The notes beneath the pieces are model-generated. The model was not told where the DNA came from, made no database searches, and worked only from the letters and a program-made list of their open reading frames with translations. A DNA stretch of 64,000 nt, from positions 4,852 through 68,851 of the forward strand of contig NW_005434668.1 in NCBI RefSeq assembly GCF_000315625.1, read 5' to 3'. Both the position numbers and the translations under genes were made by a program. Below are positions 12,026-23,858 of the stretch, piece after piece (the first letter of the stretch is position 1; each line of letters opens with the position of its first letter). This stretch comes from Guillardia theta CCMP2712 (Eukaryota; Protista; Cryptophyta).

Positions 12026-13387
12026 CTATTTCAGCTTGATGCTGTTGTCAGGAGTTCAGAAACCAGGAAAGACAAGAATTGCACTCACATAATGCACGTC
12101 ATGTTGTCACCGCCGATGCCTTGTGTTTGCTTTGGATCCTGCCATAAGGTGTCAAAGAATTCCATACTGCTGAGGACACAAGGAGGTCACAGACCACGGA
12201 GATGCACTTTTCAAAGATATCTTCGCAAATTTTCGAAATGACTTGATTCGACTTTAGTCGAGCCCTCACAAAGTCAACGAGTTGCTGGTACCTCACATTA
12301 ATCGAGCAAATACATGCAACAAGTAATATACCTGATTGGACATGCAGTCCCACACGCCATCACATGCAGTGATGATAAATTCGTCTTCTTCTGTGCGAGG
12401 AATTCTCCTTACGTCTGGCTCTGCAGTGATGACTTGTTTGGATGGGGGAAGTTTGGAGTCACTCTTATACTTCAGATCTCCGATAGACCGAGAAAGATTC
12501 AAGTTTCCATTCACCCGAAAATGCCCATTCGCGGCTTCCGAGACCCAACCTCCAGCACTTGTAATGCGAGATCTCTCTTTGGGATTGTTTGGCTTGTGGT
12601 CTTCCGACAGAGGTACAGCCTGGCCTTTGCGACACAACACACTCCTCGAGTCTCCTGCATTGGCTACAAAAATCTCTTTTGCGGTCAGGACGACGACATT
12701 GGCTGTACATCCAGCACACGTCGCTTCCTCTGAACAACCGTTCAATTTGTTCGAGCCCTCGGTGCCTTGCTGAACTGCTTGTGAGCTGGCCAAAGCATTT
12801 TTTTCCATTCGCTGCAAAGCCATCATTTTGACCATCAATTCCATGGCTTCTTTCTGTGTGAGCTTTCCTTTCTTCCTTGCATCTTCAAGGCTGCTATTGA
12901 TGGACGAACGTACCAACCCAACAGCTCTTTCCTGACTTGCATTGCCTATTCGAGGAGCGTCCTGATTTCTTGTCCCTGTGCTGGCTGCTGACGTGGAGGT
13001 GGGCGAATCAGGTTGGCTCGACTTAGGAGATGAAGAGAGCGAGATCAACTCCGCAGCATACTTCTGTTCTCTCAGCATGGCGTCCATTCGATGAAAGGCG
13101 ATCGGGAGACTTGGTTCCACTTTCCCTTGTTGGTTTGATACGATCCCTTCAAACTCAGTTTGAAAATGTTTTGACACGAATTGAGCTACTTCCCTCCCTC
13201 CATGTCCGTCAAAAACACCAAATATACCAAGTGGATTTTGTTTGCCTACGTTTCCGCAAGCAATGTGCGCATCTTCCATATTTGTCCGCCATCCCTGCAT
13301 AGCAGACAGGCCATACTTGATCCCACCAATGCCAGATCCATCATGCGACTCCTTGTCCTTGACCGGACTTGAGAGATACGAACCCAT
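12026..13387 (-). CDS. Protein phosphatase 2C (PPM1G/Ptc2-like) with a myristoylation-type N-terminus
   Basis: MGSYLSSP, AMQGWRTNMEDAH, FGVFDGHGG, ANAGDSR, DHKP, RVNGNLNLSRSIGD, ACDGVWD, GGDNMT. Spliced end CIIIKLK* at 12026. Confidence 0.95.
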
Positions 13388-14873
13388 CCTTTGTAATGAA
13401 TATGTTGTTAAGAGGAAAGAAAATGTCTCGCCCACTTAAAACATGGCGATTCACACTGCCTGCCCACCGAGAAATGCAAGTATTCAGGGACGGTACAGTC
13501 GGGAGCAGCAACGGGTAGAAGCGTTCTGCCTCATCTCTCAACCATCTGTCAGGTCTGATAGGCAAACAGAACCTGTAAGAACGAGTTACTTATCTAATTT
13601 CCATCATCATAACGTCAAAGAGAAATGTAATGGATAGGACGCAGAGACCGGGTTGGTTATCACTCGTAGACATAAATCATGATAAAGACCCAGAAAGATG
13701 TTCAGTCACTTCCTGGGCTTCATCGCGGAAACAATCTTACATCGCAAGAATCGTTAACGCAACAATCATGTGCATGGTAACTAAAGAAAAATACACGTGG
13801 TAGAGTCATGAACTCTAACAGTATTTCAGCTTCCACGATGAACGTTGACATGAAATCGTCATGATCAGACACGCCCTTGCTCTCTTGGAAGCAAGGGCCC
13901 TCAACTGCCTGCATTCCCTTCGCTTCTACTTCCTCAGCTCTCTGCCCTCTGTGACCCAATCGCACCCAACCAACATCGGGAGCTCATGAGCGGTGGCGGT
14001 ACCCACCTACCCACCCTTTCAATCTCATCCTGTACCCTACCCGGCATTTATTAGTACCCCATCCCTCCCATCATTGAATATAGTAAATGACCCACCCCAT
14101 TACCTCCAAACTCTACCCACAAAAGACTTCATTCCGCCACCACCCCTACATACTTTCTACTACTAATGTTTTTTAGTTTACTCCCATGAATAACCCCGCT
14201 GGAATGATTACCCTACCCTACGGTGTCTCATTTGTACCCCATGTCAAACGAACCCTACATCAATTTCGAAGTACCTCCACACTGACCAACACTCCCTCTT
14301 TGGCTGACCCCTTGCAGTACCCACCCCCATGTGCTTGTTTAACCTCCACCCTCCAATCCTCTACCCCCAGCCTCCATTTCCCCCGAAACATTCTTTTTTT
14401 TGAGCCATACTGGAAACTACCCTCACCTCCTCGACTTCCATCCAAAAAGAGTAATTGATAAGGGTGGGTTTCACACCCCACCCCATTATTGTATGCACAT
14501 TGTGAGAGGGTGGTTGATTTGGGGAAGAACGGGGGAGAGGAGAAAGAGCTGCAGTTCCCAGTGGTACTAGTAGGGAGTAGGGGTGGGAAAATTTTAGTAA
14601 GAACAGGGTACTTTTAGATATGAATCGGGGGTGGGTTGAAAAAACACGGGTGGGGGTCCTTTTGATTACTATGCTGTGCGGGCAGGGTACGGTCCATCAC
14701 CCAGCAATGCAATATGATCCGATCCGATGATGGGCCGCGGGCGACTCGGATGATGGCGGCATGAGCCGCTGAGCCGGGGCCGGGCCCGAACTTCCGGCTC
14801 AAAGACTCGAGACCGTACTCAGTAGTATCAGCCATCAGCCTGGCAGGGCCGATCATCAACTGAGTTGCAGCCT

Positions 14874-14901
14874 TTTACTCAAAGTTAAGTTAAAAATCAG
14901 T
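14874..14901 (+). promoter_or_regulatory. Conserved 30-bp dyad motif, copy 1 (upstream of DRC3)
   Basis: TTTACTCAAAGTTAAGTTAAAAATCAGT; four further copies in the window. Confidence 0.6.
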
Positions 14902-15406
14902 TACGTTCTGTCACAGTGTCGCGCCGTAGATGGCACTGCGGCCAACCGGCGAGAAGAGAAAAGCCTGACAGCGAGAACCCAACCTAATCCTGCCAACGGC
15001 TGTCCCTCAAACTTAATCAGTGATACCTTCACTTAACAGCGCGCAGGACAATTGCCCCCCGTGCCATGCCAGCGACTCGATGTCGCCGGCCTGCGGCCGC
15101 CGCCGAAGTCCTTTCCGACGGCTGCCAGTCCGATCCCCGCCCGCCGATGATCGGATGATGGGCCCGCCGGATGCCCGGCCGCAGTGCCGGGGCGAGCCGT
15201 CAGCCCGTCCGACCGTCGCCGGTCTCATCCGAACGGTGACTGGCCGAGTGTGCGATCAGTGCTGAGACCGTGACTCTGTCGTGTGCCGATTGTGACTGAA
15301 TTATTGTTTCATCAACGGCTGCATGTTTAACCCCACCCTACTTAGAACTCTTACTTTGTCCAAAATAAGGGGTGGGGTGAGTCGCAAGTCAAGCACTGCA
15401 AACGCA

Positions 15407-17196
15407 ATGGCGAGTCGGGCGGTTCGGGTGGCGGAGCCAATGGTGATCAACGAGGAGATGGTGCGATCATGTGCTTCCTCGGCCGACTACCTTCCTACCA
15501 GCACAGAGAGAAAGGAAGAGCTCAAAACTCAAACCGAGCTGCATAAGCTCGAAGCTCTTGCTTGCTCCTTTAAGAACATTCTGCAAATCCAGTCGTTGGA
15601 CGGATTGGACGGGTTGGTAAAGTTGCAGCTTGACAACAACATCATCGAGAAGATAGAGAATCTAAATCATCTAACCAACTTGACGTGGCTCGACCTGTCC
15701 TTCAACAACATCACCAAGATCGAGGGGCTCGAAAAGCTCGTCCGCCTCACCGACCTATCGCTCTTCAACAACTCGATCAGTAAGCTTGAAGGCCTCGACA
15801 GCCTGTCGTCACTGAACATGCTCAGCGTCGGTAAGAACAATGTGTCCTCCTTGGAAGATGTCATGTACTTGAGAAAGTTTCGAATGCTCAAGATGCTTAC
15901 TCTCAGTGGCAATCCTATCGAAAACGATGCTGACTACCGCAACTTTGTCATTGCCAATCTTTCCTATTTTGACTGGAAGAGTGGAGGGCACTTGTCATAT
16001 CTAGACTACAGACTGGTGGAAACATCAGAGGTCGCGGCTGCCCGCGAGCAGTTTCAAGATCAGCTGCTCGAGCTTAACGACCAAGAGAAGAGCGAAGCTG
16101 AGGCGAGGGAGAAGGAAGCGGAGAGAGTGAGGAAATGTGAGATGCTCAAGAGCTATGGCATTGAGGGCATCGACAACCTTCTTGCCGACATGATCAACAG
16201 CAATCCTGAAGACGAAAAGGTGTCTCTTCTGTTAGCTCGAGATAGACCTGACGTTGCTTGCCTCTCCTTGACAGATGCGGTTGCTGCCATTTTGGAAAGA
16301 GGTGTGAGAGACTTCGGTACTTTTGCGAAGCTGATGACTTTGGACAGGTACATGAAGAAATCAAGATTGAATTCAGAAACTCCATCGAGCCCTTTATAGA
16401 AACGAAGGCTCCATTGGTGAAGCGGAAGGCGGACGAGACTGAGCGATTCAGGAAGGTAGTCGAACAGAAGAAGTCCGAGAGCGTCCAGCAGAGTATCGTG
16501 CTGGTGAACTTGTTCAAGAAGCGGCTGAAACGAGTCGCCGCAAAGTTGGATGATGAAGAAACTCCCAGCATGATCGTTGGAAAGGAAGTGGAGGAGCTTA
16601 GAAACTCTAACAGGACGTTAGGGAATGAGCTGAGCGAACTGCAGCTTCGGCAGAAGGATATGGAAGATAACATGATCAACGAGTTCGAGGCTCGATATGG
16701 TGAGATTATCAGAATCATCTCCGACAGCAATAGCGGGTAACTTGTTCTTTCTTCTCGCCATGCTCTTTGACCGTGATGTGCCCACAGCTTCTTCACGACC
16801 CTCAGAGAAATCCTGTCAAACTTTATCAAGAAAGTGATGGAGATGGCGATGGAAGAAATCGAGCGAGTCAACACGCTGGTCGAGAACGCCAAGGCTCGAG
16901 ATAAAGCTCAGTTTGACATCGACTTCGGGGACATCTCGGACGACTCTGCGTCCTTCTTGCGGGAGAAGGAGATGGTCCTCAGCTCAATCAGCGCCTCTCA
17001 AGATTACTTCTTCGAGAGGCTGGACTCCAAAGAAGACCAGATCCAGACCGCCGAGCGGAGCGCATTTGCGACGCTCATGCACCAGCTCAGGCTGACATGC
17101 CAGGAGGAGGATCGGAGGAGGACGACGGAGATTGTGCAGGCGCAGGAAGAGTTCGAGGAGAAGATCCAGCAGCTGGAGCACACACACGCCGATTGA
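15407..17196 (+). CDS. DRC3: Dynein regulatory complex subunit 3 (LRRC48): LRRs plus coiled coil
   Basis: VINEEMV, SFKNILQIQSL, KLQLDNNIIEKIENL, WLDLSFNNITKIEGL, DLSLFNNSI, YLRKF...LSGNP, YLDYRLV...AREQFQD. Three short introns link ORFs 15323, 16258 and 16834. Confidence 0.9.
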
Positions 17197-17299
17197 CAAC
17201 CTTTGACGTAGAAAAAGAATAGACTACAAATACATAAATATGACCCCCCACCTCCACCCCTCCCTCCTGGCAGCCCAGCTGATCCCGAGCCGAAGCTCC

Positions 17300-20200
17300 T
17301 CAAGGCTGCTTGAGGGCCCAGGCGATGAGCGGCTTGAGGAGAGTCACGCAGGACGAGGATGTGCAGGCGCTGGTTGCGCTGGGGATCAGCTGAAGCTGCA
17401 GGTGGAGGAGAGCTCACCTGAGGACACGCTCGTAGAAGCTGCGCATATCTTGCAGCCCTGAGTCAACCCAGAAGCTGCGAGAAGATCAGCAAAGAAGAAA
17501 GAGGAGCAAGGAAAGTCACCAAGTTTGCATGGCTAGAGATCGGCCGGGAGGAGGAGACAAGAGCAGGACGCGTTCAGCAAGAAGAAGAAATGAGAATCCA
17601 TCTTCACCTCTCCAAGGCATAAGACGATTTGCTGCCTTTTCCACGTTCTGCAGCAGAAGCTCTTTGCGGAAACGAACAGCCTGGCACTGAGCAGGCCGGT
17701 CAAGGCAGTCCGACAAGAAGCTCTCTCACCATCTGATCGAGATATGTTGCTAGGAAGAAATTGAGGAACGGAGACTGAGATTCACGTCAGGAGAGCAAGA
17801 CAAGGAAAGCTCCGTTACATTCAAATCGGTCTGGAAAAAAGGGAGGAAGAGCTGGATAGGGCAGTCAACATCAGAGAATTTGAAAAGAAAGCCTCACAGA
17901 TTCGGGCTCAGCTTGCATGATGGCGTTGGACGAGGAGGAGGAGCAGGTCTGCGAGCTACACACGCAATGTCAGCGACAAGAGTAACGATGCTCTTCCTAC
18001 TTGTCCTTTGCCCAGCTGTTGTCGAGGGCGGGTAGGAGGCCCAACCTCGCGCAGCTGTCTTTCAGCAGGGAAAAACTGCTCCGGTGACAAGCTGCCGGGG
18101 AGGAGAGGACGGACGCGATGCCTTGCGAGGGGAGCCAGAGGAGCCGGAGCTGCATGTCCTGCATGGCAGGGGAGGGAAAGTTTGGATTGAAAGTCTCCAT
18201 GAGCGCTGGGAGTATCAAGTCACGTGATGAAGTCGAGCAAGTTCAGGTTGACACAAGAGGAGGTGAGGAGGGCGAGCCAAGGTGGAGAACGGAAAGGGAA
18301 GGAGGGAGAGGCAGGAGAGAGGGAGAGCGAGGTCAAGCATGGTGTGAGAGAAAAGGAATGAGAGCTGGGAAGTATCGCTAAGGATCCGGGAAAGTTGTCG
18401 CGCGTGTGATCACCAGAATCATCGTAGGAGAATAGAGAGTGATTGCAGTAACTTCCCAGCTCCACCAAATTTCCTTGCGAGTCCACCAAAGGCCCAGCTA
18501 ACTTCACGGAGCTCCAGGACGATACCCCCCTGTCAACCTCTCAGGATCTTCCTAGCTGAGGAGGTCAAGTCGTACCGCTGCCATGAAGGACAGAAACACT
18601 CGCCCCATCGCCCCTCGTACGCTGCCGTTGTCGAGCACCATGCTCGATCCCAGTCCTGCGCATGCCATGAGTGACAGGACGCGAAGGCATGTAAAGAGAT
18701 AGAAAGACGGGACACGGATAGAGCATGTAAAGGGCAGGAATAAACAGTGGCAAAGGTCGACCATCGTTGTGCAGTTGTGAAACGTCTGGTTCTTATAGGT
18801 GAAGGGAAAGTGACAGGAGCTTCCAGCTGGGACCGTCCCGTTGAACGAAGTGACGCACTTAACATCGTCAATGCCGATGTCAAGAATCTGCACAGAAAAA
18901 AAAAATGTCAAAGTGGTGGGACTTGTCAAAAGGTTGATCTTCTCTCACGTCCGACGATGACGCGCGAGTAGCAAACAAGATGGTCAGCTGCTGGCTCAAG
19001 AAGTACATGTCTCGCCCAGCGGATGCCGAGCAGTAGAGCTTGTAAGGAAGCGTCCGGTCGTACTGTATCAAGGACTGTCAGAGAGACCGATCGAGTCCAG
19101 CTCACACCCACCTGCATCAACGCTTGCAAGAAGTCGGTGGGTCTCAAACCATTGTGGGAGACTTGAACCCACAGCAAGAGGTCGGGGAAGTTCTCGCCTG
19201 CTGCTCCTCTCATCGTGACATTAGCTGAGCTCTCCGAAAAACTGCGCGAGCCCACCAAGATGTCTCCGCTGACCAGGCATGTCAGGCGACATCCTGTGCA
19301 GCAAGAAGAGAGGACAGGGAAGAGAGAAAGGAGGAGGGAGAGGAAGGCGAGGGAGAGGGGGAAGAGGGAGAGGAGGAAGAGGGTGAGAAAGAGGGAGAAA
19401 AGAAGAAGAAGAAGAGGAAGAGAACAAGAGGAGCAAGGACCGGAACCTGCTATGGAAGTTGAAGGACATGATTGGATAAGGAGCACATCCCACACAAACG
19501 TTCACAGAAAACTTGAAATTCACATGCGGCATGTTGAACCAGTCGTAACTGAAGATGTTGTCCCATCGATCCAGAACTCCAGACCCCAGCAGCAGCCCAC
19601 CTTGTTGCAACTGTGCGACAGCTGGGAAAGCGATAGAGCACGGGAAGGGGGGGATATAATTGCTCTCGATGCTCAGCTGGAGGAGGAAGGAGATGTCAAG
19701 GTCGACGTACTGGGAGAGCCCCATGAAGAGGAGGTCGGCGCTGGGGGACGCGAACTTGAAGTTGGAGTTGCGGAAGGGAATCGAATCGAGCAGGTGAAGC
19801 TGCCACGTCATCTGCTCTGTTGCCGGCCAGTAAGAGTCGTTGACCAGCAACTTGCCCAGCACGTCCACCGATGCCCTCCGACCGGCGAAGCTGGGGAAGA
19901 GAAGCTCGAGGCCAAGGCACGAGCCTTCCGCCCCTGCCTGCTTCACTCCCAGCGCGAACAGCGAGACCCCGTGCAGGAACCCCCACTCGTCCCTGCTGGA
20001 ATTGAGCTGGTAGATGTCGGGGAAGAGGACGTGTCTGAATGCTGGCATGTCAGGAGTGAGGTGGAGAGCTCGGGTGCTTGAGATGGTGATAGGCAACGTG
20101 CTGAGCTGCAGGACGATACCGGAGGAGGAGGAAGACCAAAGGAACGTCTTCATCCAGGAGCTGCTTGGGAGGCCTTGGAAGAAGATGAGGTTGGGCAGAG

Positions 20201-23200
20201 AGAAGGAGGACGACTCTATCACGAACGTCAGCGTCATGTGCAGCCTGACGTAGGAAGGGTCTGCTGCATACAGGACCTCCAGGAATGTGACAAGAGCGCG
20301 AGCACGAGGAGCGAAGGCGTCCGTTGACCCCTCACACTCGAAGAAGTTCATGAGGGAGCTGCTGGCGTCGATCGTCTGGTTGACAAACTTGCGAGCCGAG
20401 CAGTTCACGTCTGTCAGCTGGAGTTCTGCTGAGCCCACCATGGTCTGCAAGTACCACAGTAGACGATCATTGCGCAGAGTGTCATTGTTGAGCCTCATCT
20501 CCCTCACGACCCTCCATGGTCCGTACCCTGTCGCCCCCACCAGCCGCTGCTGGAGCGACACGAGCGGCCCAGCCTCGATCTGCACAAGAGGCTGAGCGAT
20601 GCCTGCCTCCAGACATTCCGCGTGACTTCCCAGCTGATTGGATGGCCTGCCCACTTTGAAGCTCAACTCGGCTCCAGCTGGGATCCAGGGAGTGAGCTTA
20701 ACGGTCGAATTGAAGGTCGAGCAGTTGCGCAGGCCGCTTGGAGAGGAGCAGAGGAAGGAGCAGGTGATGTTTGGAGGGAAGCGATGGTCGTAGCCGGACC
20801 CGTGGTTGGTGACTACAACCTGCCGCAAAGTTCCGAGCTCGAACAAGCAGCGCCCTGCGAAGCCGGTCCCTGTGCACGCTCCCTCGCAAGTCGCGCTCGC
20901 CTCTCCCTCCCCTACTGCCTGAAAGTTCACCTGGTCGCTGACTACAACCCGTGAGATGGTTCCGTCCTGCTTGCAGCTGTTCCCTCCTATCACCGTCCCT
21001 TCCGCGCAGGCAGCGGCAGAGGCATACCCCAGCTGAATACTCGTATGGACAGTGAAGGAACTGCCGGGATCCAAGAGAGAGACTGAGGTCACGGTGCCAA
21101 CGCAGGAGGAGGAAGAGCAGTTCTCAGTGTTGAAGGTCGCATTGAACCCGCTTCCGGGAGGATCGCCCAGCAGGACCCCAGGAATGTATCCTGCTCCTCC
21201 TGCCACCACCTGCACCTCTTCGATCCCTGAGCCGCAGCGGCAGCTGGACTCTTCCACTATCAGCTGGAGGCACTGCTCAAAGTTGCCCGAAGCGTTCCCA
21301 GGTCTTCCAACCTGTGATGGGTCAGCAGTGAAGCAGGTGGGGAGGGACTTCCTACCTTGCCGACGAGCTCGATGCTCTTGATGGCTGTAGTCGCCTCCGT
21401 CTCGGAGCTGCACACGCAGCTGTCCAACTCAAGGACGCAGGGGGACGGGCACATGAACACCTTCGGGTCCAGCTCGTACCCCTGGCCCTCGGCGGTGATG
21501 GTGTAGGAGAGGAGGGAGGCGTTGGCCACAAAGTGAGCGCGGAAGTTTAAGTCCGGCCCCTTGACGTAGAGCTGACCTGAGAACAAGCCGGCGAGCGGGA
21601 GCGTAGAGTTCATGATGGCGAAAATGCCAGTGCCGCAGCGACAAGAGGCGTCCGACGGGAAGATGGTGAGCTGGGTTGGATCGACCTGAGGGTCCAGCTG
21701 GAGAAAGTTGAAGGATGTGAACGAGCCGTTGATGAGAAGGTAGTCAGCAACGGGGATGTGGGAGGTGACCACGGAGGAGGAGGAGGAGCGAGGAGCGGCA
21801 AGGATGGTGCCGTTGGCAGTGCAGCCGTAGATCGGACCGGAGGAGACGATGGACCCGATTCTTCTCTCCTTCACGACGAACTTTGTGCTCGCATCGTAGC
21901 CGCTGCCATGCGCGTCGCGAGAGGAGGAGCATCCCTCCGGGTTCCTCGTCCTCGTCCCGATGCAGATGTTCTCAATGGAGCCGTTGACGGACGTGTAGTA
22001 GGAGACAAAGCCGCTGCCGCTAGTGGACACAGCCTCGATGACTCCCTCCGAGCACCCGTTCATGTAGACTGACGGGCGGCGGTTGAGGGAGGTGATGGAG
22101 GAGAACATTCTTGCTCCTCGCGTCTCAGCCGGCAGGTCGTAGAAAAGATCCACCTGCCCCTGCGAGGTAAAACTCTCCCCTCCCTGCAAGATGTCGAACG
22201 AGGAAACGGACCCAAGCGCGTCGACCGCAAACTTGACGTCCAGCAGGCGTCCTGCAGTACCGAAGATGTCAACAGACCCGTTGATGTAGCCGACCCCGTT
22301 GAGCAATATGCCCAGCTGGTCGATCTTCCCTTCGTCCTGCCTCGTCAGCACCTCTGCCTCCGTCGAGTTCAGCGACACGTTGAAGAACTTCTCGAAGATC
22401 CCAACACACTCTCCCAGCTGAACGCTCCCTCGCGCCTTCGTGCCTGTCCCAGGTGGGCAGTTGCTGCACTCGCCCACCAGGTACTTGGAGTTGAACTTGC
22501 CGAGGTCGCAGAGGAAGCAGGTGGTGCTGGTGTCGTAGCTGTACGTCCCGGGCGGGCAGGCGAAGCAGGGGCTCTCTCCGGTCGGGCTGGAGGATCCTGG
22601 GCGGCAGGCGGCGATGCAGCTGGCCTCGGAGGAGGAGCCGGTAGAGCGAGTGAACTTACCGGACGGGCACTGAGTGCAGTTGATGGCCTTGCCGAGGGAG
22701 TAGTAGCCGATGTCGCAGTCGAGGCAGATAGACGCATTGATCACCGAGTTGTACTGGCCAGCCGCACAGTCAGGGCAGACGGCCTTGAGGCAGATTCCTC
22801 CCTCAACGTAGAGCTGGTCGTAGGACGTGTTTGCCTTCTGTTCCTCGTAACTCCCGCACATGGTCCCGGGGACATCGGATGCTGTGCCAGGCTCGCAGCC
22901 GAAGTTGCATGGCTCGACCCCCTGGAAGCCGGTGAGGCCCGGAGGGCACTTGTCGATGCACAGGGCAAGGCTGCTGCTCTTCTGTCCGCTGGTGAACTTG
23001 CCGGAGGGGCAGGAGGTGCAGGAGGAGTGACCAGTTAGCGAGTACTTGCCAAAGTTGCAGATGCTGCAGAGATGAAAGTTGGAAGTACTATCCGTGTATG
23101 TGCCATTCTCGCAGTTGAGGCAGGTGCTGGCGTCAGGAGCAGGGTTGAACTTCCCGAAGGCGCAAGTGGTGCAGGAGCTGGAGTTGACAAGAGAAAAGGT

Positions 23201-23814
23201 GCCGGCCGGGCAGATGCCGCACGTTGACGCGTTAGCACCTGAGAACTTTCCGCCGCTGCAAGCAGTACAGGAAGATGCTCCTGCCAGCGAGAACTTGCCG
23301 GGTGTGCAGCCCTGGCAGACCGACTGACGAGCTCCAGAAAAGTAGCCGGCCAGGCAGTTGATGCAGATGGTGGAGCCGAAGCGAATGTCGCTGCGAGAGC
23401 CGGCGGAGCAGGTGGAGCATGCGGAGGAAGAGGCGTTGGAGGTGAAGGTGCCTGGCTCGCAGAGGTCGCAGCGGGTTGAGCTCTTGAGGGAGGAGTAGAA
23501 GCCCTCTGAACACGAGGAGCATGACGTCGATCGGTTGCTCGCCGCATACGTCCCTGAGGCGCACTCGAGGCAGGTGTCGGGGAACCTGGAGAAGGAGATG
23601 TTGACTGACTCCGGCTCACTGTACGTGCCGGGGGAGCAGGGAAGGCAGACCGTTGCGCCTGTAACGGCCACGAAGTTTCCGCTGACACACTTGGTGCAGG
23701 TGGAGCTGCCGTTGCGATCGGCGTACTTCCCTTCCTCACAGACGTCGCAGACGGCGGAGGGAGACGAGCCGGAGAAAGTTCCCTATGGCCAGAGGACGTC
23801 AGAGAAGAAGGAGG

Positions 23815-23858
<44 letters not shown>

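Noticed and set aside
13443-13965. Separate small genes upstream of PP2C
   Set aside because: No recognisable motifs or coherent splice model; more likely 5' UTR and intron sequence.
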